A stretch of DNA of 62,199 nucleotides, filler included, from Choristocarpus tenellus KU-1152 (taxonomy: Eukaryota; Protista; Phaeophyceae), in NCBI GenBank assembly GCA_964200185.2. It is 12 parts of 12 records of this genome, joined end to end, with 100 filler letters (N's around TTAATTAATTAA, not from the genome) between each part and the next. Parts side by side here need not be neighbours in the genome. Positions count along the whole stretch, not along the records: positions 23,683 to 26,733 come from CAXNAD020022675.1; positions 26,834 to 31,316 come from CAXNAD020014352.1; positions 31,417 to 35,055 come from CAXNAD020018797.1; positions 35,156 to 50,659 come from CAXNAD020000985.1; 8 more parts are not named here. One strand, given 5' to 3'. Position numbers and translations under genes: made by a program. A model generated the notes under the pieces. It was given only the letters and a program-made list of their open reading frames with translations. It had not been told where the DNA came from and did not search any database. The number at the start of each line of letters is the position of its first letter. The stretch's first letter is position 1. Below are positions 25,069 to 37,346 of the stretch, in pieces.

Positions 25069-26399
25069 CTGCTCAGAAGAAGATTGGCGGTTTATGTCAT
25101 TATTGTAAACAATTGGTCAAAATGGAGTGAGTTAGACTTGTCCATGGGCGCAATCTTTACCTAGTCTACCTTGTAGCCTATCAGTCTGTTGCCAATTGAT
25201 CGTTTGTTCTTTATTGTTGAGACCTCAGACATCTTCAGTCAGTCTGCCTTCAGTTTATTTTCTACTTGTATCCCTCAATACTTCCTCCTTCCTGTTCTGT
25301 TTACTTTTTTTTCACCAAAATACAATACCAATAGCTCCATTCAGTCACTACGTTTTCACTGCTTGACAGGGGAGGGGGAGGCAAAGGTCACTCCTGTTGT
25401 AGTAGACACTTGGTCAATGGTCCAAGTACACATGAAGATAGCATGGCAAGAAGTCGTTTTTTTTAATCTAACCCATTTACTGTGGCTGTTCATACTACAA
25501 GTGTGCCAGACAGTATGGAGGCGTGTATATGAGTGGAGAGAGTGAGAGAGATAGGGCTGTGATGGTACTATGTCCAGCATGTGTAACCAGCACAGAAGGA
25601 TGCAGCTTCCCTTACAGCAGCAAGAGAAGGAGAGGTACTGAGGAGACTCGGGGCTTGAGCTAACAGTCTTGTTTGAGGAAGCGTGTCTGTGTGAGAGGCG
25701 ACGGAGATGGTGGAAGCGTCTGCTCTATTGGGTTTGGGTACGGCCTCTATCTGCCTGGATGGCAACTGACCGATTTTCATCTGTGATGCTGAATCACAGG
25801 AACCCTCCTCTAGTGTTGAGAGAAATGGGGTTATCTAGTTGGGGAGTTCATATTTTGGTATAACAATAAAAAATCAAAGGAGGGAGAGGGGCTGGGGGGG
25901 GGGCGCAGAGACTATAATGTAGATCATAATATATACTGTAGTCTGAACATAATACGACTATTATATGATAACAGTCTGGTTGGAGTTGGTATGATTGCTA
26001 TTGAGGGGAGGGAGGACCAACAGATTGTTGGTGTGTGTGTAATGTGATTTGGTGTGGATGTTGATGACACCCTTACTGAAAGTGTTGTAATGTTTATTTT
26101 ATATTTTTGTGTAAGTGATACGAAAATTAAAAAATGGTTCACTGTCTTACGTGTACTGTTGTATATAAAAAATATATTCTGTACATGTTTTTGAGTACGA
26201 TTTGAGAAAGGTGCAGCTGTAGTTAGAGTGAAAAGTGCACCAAACAATAAAAGCTGGTTTGAGTGTATTCCTGAAGTGAGGACGATTGACAACAGGTTGT
26301 TTCTTATTTTTTGTTTCTCTGGAGTTAATACTGTCTGTCTTCTTACATGCTACACCACCGTATTATTTTTTTATTTTATCACAGTGGAACTAAGAGTAC

Positions 26400-26442
26400 C
26401 CTACCTACCTACCTACCTACCTACCTACCTACCTACCTACCA
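26400..26442. repeat. (CTAC)n microsatellite
   Basis: Read directly. Confidence 0.9.
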
Positions 26443-29400
26443 AGCCAGCTACCCCAGCATGTCGATGTTGATGTTCTAGGTGTGCTCTAGGGTCACATAC
26501 ATGTCTATGAATAACATAATTTAGCAAGTAGGACGTTTCACTGGACTGGGCAAAGTCACCATACCATGCCTTGGGATGACCTTGGTAAGGTTTGTTTATC
26601 AGGAAAATTACTGTGTCATCAGAGATTTGAAACTGGATGGGGTGGCAGGTTGGCATTGGTGAAATATCTTTTAACAGGGCTGGCCTAGGGCTATCTCGTA
26701 TTTTAAGCAGTCTGGTCTAGGTTACAGGCTACCNNNNNNNNNNNNNNNNNNNNNNNNNNNNNNNNNNNNNNNNNNNNTTAATTAATTAANNNNNNNNNNN
26801 NNNNNNNNNNNNNNNNNNNNNNNNNNNNNNNNNGGAAGGGTAAAGATGTTTGGGAAGTAGGGTAGGGGGTGAGGGAGGAGAGAGCGTGGGGGGGTTGGAA
26901 ATGTGGGGGTGAAGCCAATCAGTGATCCCAATGTGATTGTGATTGTTGTTTGGTTGATTGATTGTGCTACGCTGGCATTAGTTTAATATGGTTTAGGGGT
27001 ATAGGCATACACACACACACGGTGCCACATTGCTCCAGTATCAGTTTGTTTTTTGTAAACCAGGGCTTCATATAAGACACTCGTACCTCATGTGCCTGTG
27101 CAACCTGCAGTAGTAGAGGTTTTGGTATACATCCAAATTGCAGAGGTGCAGAGTCAGTAAAGGTGCTTGTACGTTCAACACACTATTCACCTCGGTAGTG
27201 AAGGTATTTCAAAGTAATTCCAGTGACTCAATCCATGTGTGATGCATGGCGTAATGACAGACAGGTGGACAAACTCTCCTGAATTAGTTCATACAAAGCA
27301 CCTGGACGTACAATCCGCAGTTGAGAGAAGACTGGAGGAAAGAAGAGCGCTTGGCTTTTCAATGTCCATTTTCAAGGAACAGAAATACCGGATCTATTGA
27401 TAGAATGAGATTGTAGGTGAGGGGGAAAACCAATCTCCCCTTCCCAGGTGATAAAAAAATATTCTACACGATGTACAAGGGCCATAAGCATCTCCTCTAG
27501 GAGCACACACATCATACTGATGATGAGCTCCCCTCCTTGCCCATCGTACATTCCCACTACAAAAATTAATACCCCATCATCCCCACTATCGCTTTCCTGT
27601 CCCTTTGGTCAAGGACACGCGGAAGGCAGCCTGGCCCTCAGCAAAGATAACCCCCCCCCCTCTCCTTGGTGCCACAAAAACCTTGTCTCCGCTGGAATTT
27701 GTCTTCCACCCTCTTCCTCTTCCATTGCCGCCCCGTCCCCTTTGCTTTGCACTGAGCGCAATATCAGTGGCAGTTAGTCTGTGTCTCTCCCTGTCACTCC
27801 AACTATCTCTTGCCCTATTTAGGGAGATTTGCGGAGGTGGAGAGGGCGAAATATCTAAAAATGAGGAAGAAATAGGGTCGGGTACATTTCTGTTCTGGGA
27901 TTTACCCCCACAAAGTGATAGAGGGAAAGAACTACTTACAAGGGGAGCACAGATACTTTCAAATAGTATCCAAGGTTGGGGCCAGGAAGTATGAGTGAAG
28001 GGTTGTATGGCAACGGGGCCGGGGGGGGGGGGGGGGGGGGGGACACTCGACTGTCTACTTGAAATATTCATTTATGAACAGCAGCAAGAAGCCCACCTAG
28101 AAGCTCCCACAGGATCAACCCCATTGAACCTTCGCTCCATCAACCGATCCCCTCTATCGACGGAGTCCTGCATGTCTTCTTTTCTATCACACTCTTCGCA
28201 AGTACCGGATGTTGAGCCAGGGGACTCATCGGAATCCGCATTTTTTTGTACTGAAGGATTTAGCCATGCTAGCAAACTCTCCCCCCCGGCCAAATGCCCT
28301 CCACGGGCTCGCCGAGATCTCGTTCTTTTGGATCTCTGGATCTCCCTTCCTTCAGATGAACTCATCACGCATTCCTCACTCTTGGCAGAAAAAAGGTCTC
28401 CACTACCTAGTGTTCGTGAGCGAGAAAACATGTATCACTGTGGGGAAGCTTTGACTGCGCAATGTCTCTCTGCAGAGGTTTTTCCTGACCTCACATGTGG
28501 CAGATGGTAAGGTCCAGTTTGAGTTTGGTATGGTGGAGAAGGACGTCACTGGTGTCACTCAAGTTGAAATAATAAGGATTGGAGTAGGAAATATCAATAT
28601 CGATCTTGGGATACTGGGGTAATGCACGTGCCACATACCAGTTACGGATGACCTGTTCTTCTCTCTCTGCGCGAAAGTAGTATGGTGAGGAGTCCGAAGC
28701 GTTGATCCACCCTTCGACTTCTTGACTTTCTTGGAATCTATTTTATTCATACCAACCTTTACAAGGCTCAGCGAACCAACGGGTACGGTTCGCACCATGC
28801 TATCTCTTCCCCCTCACACCCAACTCAACTACTATGTCAATAGGGTTCCAGTTTGGGCTCATTCAACATTTCAGAGTATAGGAGTAGGACCAACATTCAA
28901 ATTTCAAATTGGAATACATATGATATCGAGGCGTTTAGATATCGTTCATCAAAAAATACCAATATAAAAACCAGTGAGAGACCTAGTACCCGACACCAAC
29001 AAGAGGCAACTAATTGCCATTCTAGAAGCAGCAAACAGTCTCAAGCCCTGGGTTGTAGGGTTGCAGGTGACTGCCCTTCGCCATCGATAAATCGTCTTGG
29101 TGACAAACGTGTTCCCACGATGAATGGGGGAAAGGGAATAAGTTGGAACATCGATGTAACTTTCCCGATAATGCAAGAGAGGAGGTTGAAGCGACAATAT
29201 GGAGGTAAATCGATAGAATCGATAGCAGTGAAGTGAGAGGATGCAATTATTTGTGGTCGAAGATCTCGCTGTTGGACTGTCGGCGAGATGGCTGCTATTG
29301 CACATCTTTAGCACCTTGCTTTCAAATACGATATCGTTTATCTTTCCATTTTGAAATTGTAGTTGCTGTAGCTCGAATCTGTCCTCCACGTTTGCTTTAA

Positions 29401-32316
29401 GTAGGATTGATAGCAGTGAGGTAAGTGAAGCTGGGTTGGAGACTGCTTGTCCGGGTTCAGTAGATTGGCCGTTGACAAAATTGTCAGGAATCCAACCGCC
29501 ATAGATAATGCTTGGTTGATCATTAATGTATTACTAGAGCCCCTTTAAGCTGTGCTTGCTATTTATGAGAATGATAGGTACGATTTATTTAGATGAAGAA
29601 GCTCCTTCACTTTACTTTCACAATTATCCTACAATGTGTGACTTCTAGTTGTCGTTTTGCTCTTGAGATTTGTACTATAAATGCCCTGCTGTAACTTCCC
29701 AACTATAGGTTGTAGATAAAGAAGGACTGTGTACTTATGACCTACGTACCAGTGGCAGTGTTGCAAGTACGTTAAACAGTCAGTTGAAGGGGTGATATGA
29801 CCTTTTGATGCAATTTTTCATCGAGACGATTAAAGATTCCTCGGAAAAGTTTGTATCAACAACGAAAATGAGGTTGTAGGGCAGGCGTTTGAGGGTTTGA
29901 TTGACTTTAATCTCTCACATGCAGAGCTTTTGCATTTCCATCACATCCTGTCAGGGACCTCTGAAGTTGAATAAACTCGATGGCCATCCGTTGATGATGT
30001 GTGTTACAGGTTTCTACAAAGGCGCAGATAAGTCCGCGCTGTCGGCATTGGTCCTGGTAGGCATTGATTTGATCGTGATCAGTGTAGGTTCTTTTCGCGA
30101 GGTTGATGCTGCAGATTTGTTTGGTGTTGTAGTCATCTCTCTTTTCGTCCTGTGGGCTTCCAAGAAGCTGTTTATGACGAGCAAGTTGGTTGTGGCCTGG
30201 TTCTTCGGTGGCTGGGCTATAATGACAGTCAAGAGTGGTTATTTCTTGGGACTGTTTTATGATAGGTGAGCTACGACTGTTTAAGATGAACTCGTTGTGC
30301 CTTTAGAATACAACAATGTCTCGCCCAGCTTTTCTTTTTTGTTGTGCATGACCTATGCGTTAACCCGGAAAATCGAAGATGAAGAAAATGCTGTTTCAAA
30401 CATCATTTGGTACATGTAGTAGGTGCACATAGTGCTGGCAGCGAAGTGAGGATATTCTCACCCCCACAAGACCTCCATGTGATCTCTACTGAATGATCTT
30501 TATTATGGTATTGTCTCACCCAGATCTGGAGATGGTGACAGCCACGAGGTATGGCGACTGGCAACGTGGATTGTCATGGGTGTGTTGACCTTGCTCACCT
30601 TGCTCACAAACTACATGCAGCAGGTCTGGTATCCTCAATGGGTTCGAGATGGAACGCTCCCCAGGTTAGTCTGCAGCAGTGAACTTTCTGGACTTGTTCT
30701 CCCATGCTGCGTTTGTTGATGTTCTCACCCTTTCGTTCATATATATATATTTTGCTTGGTTTTAGTGATGTTTAGATGTGGTGACAATTCAGGGGACACA
30801 TATACATTGCAAAGGCTTTTTTTGCATGTGGAGAAGTAAGCTCGGGCTGGGACTATCGGGGAACAGACGTGACGACGGTCCTTGGAACAGTATCACGGGT
30901 GATGGCAATGGTGGCGATTTCTAAGTTCCTGTCCCCTCCTTAGGTTCATCATTGTCTTTTCTCGCAGAAGCTGTTTTCTCGTTCCTGTCAGACGCCTCCA
31001 TCCCGATGGAAACCCCTTCCACGATGTCCATCTTTGGACTGATACTTGATTTGTGCGAGGTTGTTTGCTCCTTTTTTGTTGTTGCACCAAGTACTCCATT
31101 CCATTATTATTATTATTTTTTATATACTTGGAAGTGCGTGTGTGTCCTCCTACGTTTGTTGTCAACCTGATCGTGCTCGCTGCTCGAGGTCATGCTCAGC
31201 CTGGACTGGTTCGATGTCCAGCTTGGCAATTACCCCAATGAGGTGACGTTTCTCAGTCGTGCTTGGGCACCGTATCTTTTGTGCAGGTACAAATCTGACT
31301 TTGGGGGGTGATGGGGNNNNNNNNNNNNNNNNNNNNNNNNNNNNNNNNNNNNNNNNNNNNTTAATTAATTAANNNNNNNNNNNNNNNNNNNNNNNNNNNN
31401 NNNNNNNNNNNNNNNNGTGATGTGTTTATTATTTGTCAAGAACTCCTTGCTGACTGTCTTGAACTTGTGGTTGAAGCAATGCTCAGGCCCCCCAGTGGGC
31501 ATGTAGTATTGTCAGACACCCTCCCCGTCCGTTCTACCTGTATATAGCTGAAGATGACACAGGGTATAGCCCACAATCGATTTGTTTGCATGCTCTCTGG
31601 CAGGGCCTTGGCCTGTGATGCATATTCAATTTGTCAAAACTCCTTGCTGACTGCCCCGAACTTGAGGTCGAAGTTATGCATAGACCCCACAACTACTCAT
31701 CCACGTTTAGCTTGATAATCAAATTTATTACTGTAACATCAGACCCACCCAAGGCACAGCCCATCCCTACCAAAGCTCGAGTCATCTTTGATACCCAATC
31801 ACAATCCCCTACTGCAACTTTCCTCCTAGTGCTGATCGAGCATTGTTACTGCAAGCTGATGGAGCTCCTCCTCCTCTTTCCCCCAAGGCACAGACCACAT
31901 ATCCTCGCTCTGTGCTTTTTCTTGTGGTGCTGCAGGAGCAATGTGACTGCTTAGTGGTGGATATTCTCCTTATTCTCTTTTCCCCTCAGCAGAGCCCCCA
32001 CTGCTTTACTCAAGCACACATACCCTCTGTTCCTTTCTTTGTGGGGAGTTGCTACTGGAGCGCACCAACTGCTAAATGTTGGAGCTCCCGTCCTCTTTAC
32101 CCTGAGATGCAACCCCTGCCCTCTTACCAATGCACGGCATTGCATCCTGCAGTATCCCATCCTGACCTCAAGAGGTCAGCAGCAGCCCACTATGGTTGTT
32201 GCAAGTGAGACGCAGGAGACCTAAACAGGATTATTGATTATCACTCAACATTGACGAAACGTGTTTGTCTGGGTGTGTGTAATGAAAGTATGTGGACAAA
32301 GTGTTGACGTGTATTG

Positions 32317-32695
32317 GGGAAGCACCACTTCTTGGGGAAGCACCAATGAAATACATATTATTTCTTTTTCGCACGCATGTTCGAAAACCTAACCCAAACC
32401 CCCCAACCCAAACCCCAACCCTAAGCTGCGTGAGAAAATATCTTTAACCAGCAGTGGATATTTCCTGGGAGAGGCTTCACACTATGGTGCAGCAGTGCAG
32501 TATGCAATGGGAAAATACCACCTCTCAAGGATCTACCGCAATCATCTCTTTTTCACTTTTTCACAAGGAATTTCGAAACACTAACTCCAACCTCAACCCC
32601 AACTCTTCCCTGACCTGTGTGTGAAAAACAACCCTAATCTTCGTGTGAAGTGGGAAGGGTATGACAGTGGTGGTTCCTTAAGATAGTGGTTCCCC
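32317..32695. mobile_element. Possible small TIR element with internal telomere-like (CCCTAA/CCCAAA) tracts
   Basis: The left end GGGGAAGCACCA occurs twice, and the right end has AGTGGTGGTTCC and AGTGGTTCCCCC. Two internal units read TCGAAA..CTAAC(C/T)C..AACC..GTG(A/T)GAAAA. Confidence 0.4.
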
Positions 32696-32865
32696 CGTGC
32701 ATGTCGGCATGGAGAAATTATTACTTCAAAAGGTTTAGATATCAAGTAAATAAGATGCTGGAAGGGACGTTAGGAAAGAAAGAACAAACTTCTTTCCCAC
32801 ATGTTTGTCTTAGGATCAGCTATAAACATAGCCGCACAAATGTAGCGCAGATCACACTCCAACCT

Positions 32866-33044
32866 GGCTCAAAGTATCTGGGGCTGGGGGGTGGCGTCTG
32901 TCCATTTGGGGTCAATTTTTTCATATCACGATTTTTGGGTGATTTGGTTGCATACGTGGGATGGATAATGCAAGTACACTTTTCCTGGTTATGGCCCAAA
33001 TGGACACCCTGATGTAGACCCCCTCCCCCCAGATACTCTGGGTC
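32866..33044 (+). mobile_element. MITE family A, complete copy with 4-bp TSD
   Basis: GGCTCAAAGTATCTGGGG...CCCCAGATACTCTGGGTC with a perfect TSD ACCT (32862-65 / 33045-48). Confidence 0.9.
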
Positions 33045-35155
33045 ACCTCCTTCCCTCTGGTTACATTGTTAGAGTGTAGATTCAGTAGTTCCCACCAGCA
33101 ATGTTTTCCGTGTGTTGTAACGTCGGATGATGGCAAGTCCTCATCCCTATGCCCCCCGCAAAGGACATAAAGGAAAACATCATGTTCTCAGTCTTGAGTG
33201 GCAGGAAGTAGGTTGTATGTACCCACATGCAAAAGTGATGAGATCCCTCAGCTCACTGCTTTGTGATTTACAGTGCAACAAGAGACGAAGAATTAACTTC
33301 CATGTGGGGTAACCACCTCCAGGTCCTGATCAAGCAACGGTTCAACAGTAGTGTTGATAGTGATTTTGATAGTTTGAAGAGTGCGTTTGCTCCATGCTTG
33401 CATTCTTCCCTTACTCATAGCATAAGAACTTGACCAAAGATATTTGTCTCCTCTAGGTGCAGATCAGATGAACAAATAATTCACATGTCGCATGTTGGAC
33501 TTTGGAGTGTTTTTTTCTGCTTAACTATGACCAACCTGTACACTCTGCAATGGTTACATCTTCGGAAAATCGTCACATTCAACAGCTCCACATCAACAAC
33601 ACATGCAAGGAATAGGAAATGAACAACTTCGGTAATATAATATGTTTATAAAATGATGCTTCGAATAAATTATGGTTATTATTTGCATCACACTGGTCTG
33701 GAGAACATCCTGATCCATATTCAGAGTCACTACTACATACAACACTACTTCTCATACTACTACTAGCATACTTATATCTTCACCTCATCAGCCTAAATCT
33801 AATCATCAGTCTTGTGTTGGTGTCTGACTTTGTGATGCCTTCGAAAAATGAACTGGCCAATTCCATGTGGGTTAACCATATCTAGCTTTGTTATTTAAAT
33901 CAATAGGAGATGAACAACCTTCTTGCATGTGGGTTATCGTGACCATCTTCTGGCCCCGATCAAGCCATCGTTCAACAACAGTTTTGATATGATAATTGTT
34001 ATTTTGTTCTTACAAGAGCGTGCTGACTTTCATGCTTGCATCTCCCTTTTTCTTTGGTATTAGCAACAAAAGCTATTCAAGCATGTAATTAGTCAGTAGG
34101 CGTGACATTCTTTCCCAGGGTCTAATTTACTAGGTTATCTACGACACTATCATTTTAGCGAGAATGACAGATTGTCACATCCACTAGAAATTATCAAAAG
34201 CATGTTGGTAGAACAACCGTGACAAGGTGCACACTTGTAAAAAAAAAGTTGTCGAAGTAGGGGGGATGAAGTCATATTGTAGACATAGGTGTCAATATAC
34301 CTATAGGAAGTTGTGTTCACCCATCAGATTTGATCGACTATGGTACGGAAGGTCTATCTGTCCATTTTGACCGTGCTAGGGTTGTGCTTGATGGATTGCT
34401 GGGTTAGAAATCCCCAAAAGTGTCTACTCCTCACGAACCCATTGGTGACCACCCCCCACTGCCATTAATTCCGTGGGAGGATATCATTTTAGCAAGAATA
34501 CACATTTTTACCGTTGGTAGTGTACTTTTTAGCGAGTGTACATGTTGTCACTATTGTTCTGAATGATGTTAACTAAAGCCAGATGTTTTCCCTTACCTAG
34601 GCATCAGGTGAACAAATGGCTGAGTGTCATTTCCCACTCGATGCAATTAACCAGATCATCTTTTACAACTAACTGTAGAAGATCGTCAAGATCAACTACC
34701 CGATATGTGTTACATATACGAGAATGGACACCTTACTGGAAGTGTGGAAATGATATAATCTAACCACAGCTTGAACCTGATTATCCAAACATCCAAACCT
34801 GTGAACTCCTGAACCGAACTAATTACTTTTCAATGCCGTTGCTATATACACAACAATGGCAAGTTCCTTAGTCAATACATCGGTATCTGATTGGAAACCA
34901 CAACATCAATCCTGTTAACTTCAGAATTCCTTCACTCCATACCTCTGACTTTGTGTTGATATGTGGCTTTGTTTTTGGAGAGAATGATGTGTTGAAACCT
35001 GAATCGAATGCATTGTATATGATACATAGACTACGAAGGAAGAGGAATCATGGTANNNNNNNNNNNNNNNNNNNNNNNNNNNNNNNNNNNNNNNNNNNNT
35101 TAATTAATTAANNNNNNNNNNNNNNNNNNNNNNNNNNNNNNNNNNNNNNNNNNNN

Positions 35156-35211
35156 ATGAAAAAATTGACCCCAAATGGACAGCCACCACCCCCTCCCAGA
35201 TACTTTGAGCC
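35156..35211 (-). mobile_element. MITE family A, partial (contig edge)
   Basis: ATGAAAAAATTGACCCCAAATGGACAGCCACCACCCCCTCCCAGATACTTTGAGCC. Confidence 0.8.
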
Positions 35212-35697
35212 TTGTGGGATGAAGATGTATTGGAGACATGATGTCAATAAGACGTAGGAAGTTGTGTTCACCTAACAATTTGTAATATGTACCGTGTAGA
35301 AGGCTTCTCTGTTTTGACCTGCACTGTAATTGTACTTGGCGGACTACTGGCATCGATATGTCTAATAGAGTCTGCTCTTGACGAGGAATCCGATAGTAAC
35401 TGTCCCCACCTTACGAGTGTCCCGCGAGTGTACATTTTTTCTTGGTTGGTTGTGTATTTTTAGTAAATGTAGACGTCATCGCGGTTGTTCCGAATGCTAA
35501 AAATTGTTTTAAAAGTTGTGAAGTTTTCTAGTTGAATTAGGTCTTTGTCCCTCCCCTGATACATCTACAAGATTCTAGTGGTCATAGTAAAACAACTGTA
35601 GTTGCAGATGTCAAAACCTTGAATCGAATGAATCGTTGAATCTCATTAATTGATCTGTGTAGGGGCCTGAAGTCTTGTATGTGAAAGGGTGACCCAG

Positions 35698-35965
35698 GGA
35701 GTCAAAGCTTTCAAGAGGGTAGGGCCCCATCTGTTTGGGCTCCAAAATCCAATGTTGGGATTTTAATTTGTTTTGGCTATCATGTTTGTTAGCAGGTGTC
35801 AGTATAGTTACTCCGAACACGCTTTTCATAGTCGTACTCTGAAATGTTTCTGAGTATGTAAATGTGTTCACACAGAAAATCGAAAAAGGGAATATATACC
35901 CACAGGAAGCCAAGCCCAAAACGGACAGACAGATCAAAACTCCTCTCTCCTAAATGCTATGACTC
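35698..35965 (+). mobile_element. MITE family B, diverged copy
   Basis: GAGTCAAAGCTTTCAAGAGGGTAG..CAAAATCCAATGTTG..GGAAGCCAAGCCCAAAACGGACA..CTATGACTC. Confidence 0.7.
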
Positions 35966-37164
35966 AGTGCACTGAAGCAGTGTTGAAGAATATCTACAAA
36001 TTATATAGGGATCAAGTGTGATATAGTTACACATTCTGCAACGGTAATTCATGCTCACATACCGCGTGGAACGGTATATGTGCGATCTTACTGCTCGCAC
36101 ATTATGCGACCAGTTACCAGTGGACGAATCAAACGTCAACGCTAGTTGATGATCCTGTACTGCATCGACGGGCTAAGGATAGAGGAGTTTATGTTTTAAC
36201 AGCAGACATTACAGGAGGCATAGGATGCACTGCTTTTTGTCCATAGGTACTCATAGCCGTTATCATCTTTACATAGTGGAGGGAACCTAGAAAATTGCAG
36301 AACGGCCTACTTTTGGGGGTGGGATGTACCACCACTTGGGTCTTACACGCATGCTTTCTAGACGCAAAACTGTTAAGACACTCAATTAAAGTTCAACCCC
36401 CTGTCTCTGGCTGGGTGGGTTGAATCCTTTCTGGGATGGGTAGTAATTGTGGTTTTTGGTGTCCCCTATATCGCAAGCTGGCAAGAAGTCCGATCTCTTA
36501 ACATTTCCCTTTTTTTCGTTGAAATACTAACCAGAGGAGGCAGCCTTTACGGGTACATAAGTTTCCTAGCACCCAGTATCATGCACTATTAGGCAGCGAG
36601 TATATCCCTGAGGGATTATCCGATCTTTTCAGTGATCAATGTTTGCTGGCAGACTGTCAATCTTTGCCCTCTGTTTGCACTTATTGTTCCCAGTACAATG
36701 AAACTCCTATCTAGCCCAGGTGCTCAAATAGAATCGATTTGAAGACAATTGTCCTGGAAAAAGGCAGTATTATAATCTACTTCCTGCCACTTGAAGAGGG
36801 ATAAGTACCTCCCTTCATCGAACCTCCCAACTTGAGGGAGATGGTTGGTGATGGGATGATCCACACTCTAATCAACAGCACCAAATGGGTTGAGGTGGGA
36901 GTGTGATTTGTACCCCGTTTGTGTTTGCATCCTTCTGTTTGCATCCCTGTAATGTTACGTTATGAATTAAGATTATTGATTAAGAGAACATGAACAATAT
37001 AAGACAAAATCTATAGTCAAGGAACTTTGCAGGCCCTAAAACAAACAATACTCAAGAACTACACTTCCGTCTTGTGCAAGAGTGTTACAGGCACATCCTG
37101 TTGATAGTTTGCTCCCTTCAGTCGTTGATTCCGAATCAAGATATTTAGTTGTGGTACCACTTTA

Positions 37165-37346
37165 GACCCAAAGTATCTGGGGGGGTGGAGGGGGTCTACA
37201 CGAGGGTGTCCATTTGGACCAAAATCGGGAAAAGTGCATTTGGATTATCCATTCAGACGTATGGCAGCCAAATCACCAAAAAATCGTGATATGAAAAAAT
37301 TGACCCCAAATGGACAGCCACCACCCCCTCCCAGATACTTTGAGAC
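37165..37346 (-). mobile_element. MITE family A, complete copy
   Basis: GACCCAAAGTATCTGGG...CCCAGATACTTTGAGAC. The internal sequence is the reverse complement of the 32866 copy. The TSD is not preserved. Confidence 0.85.
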
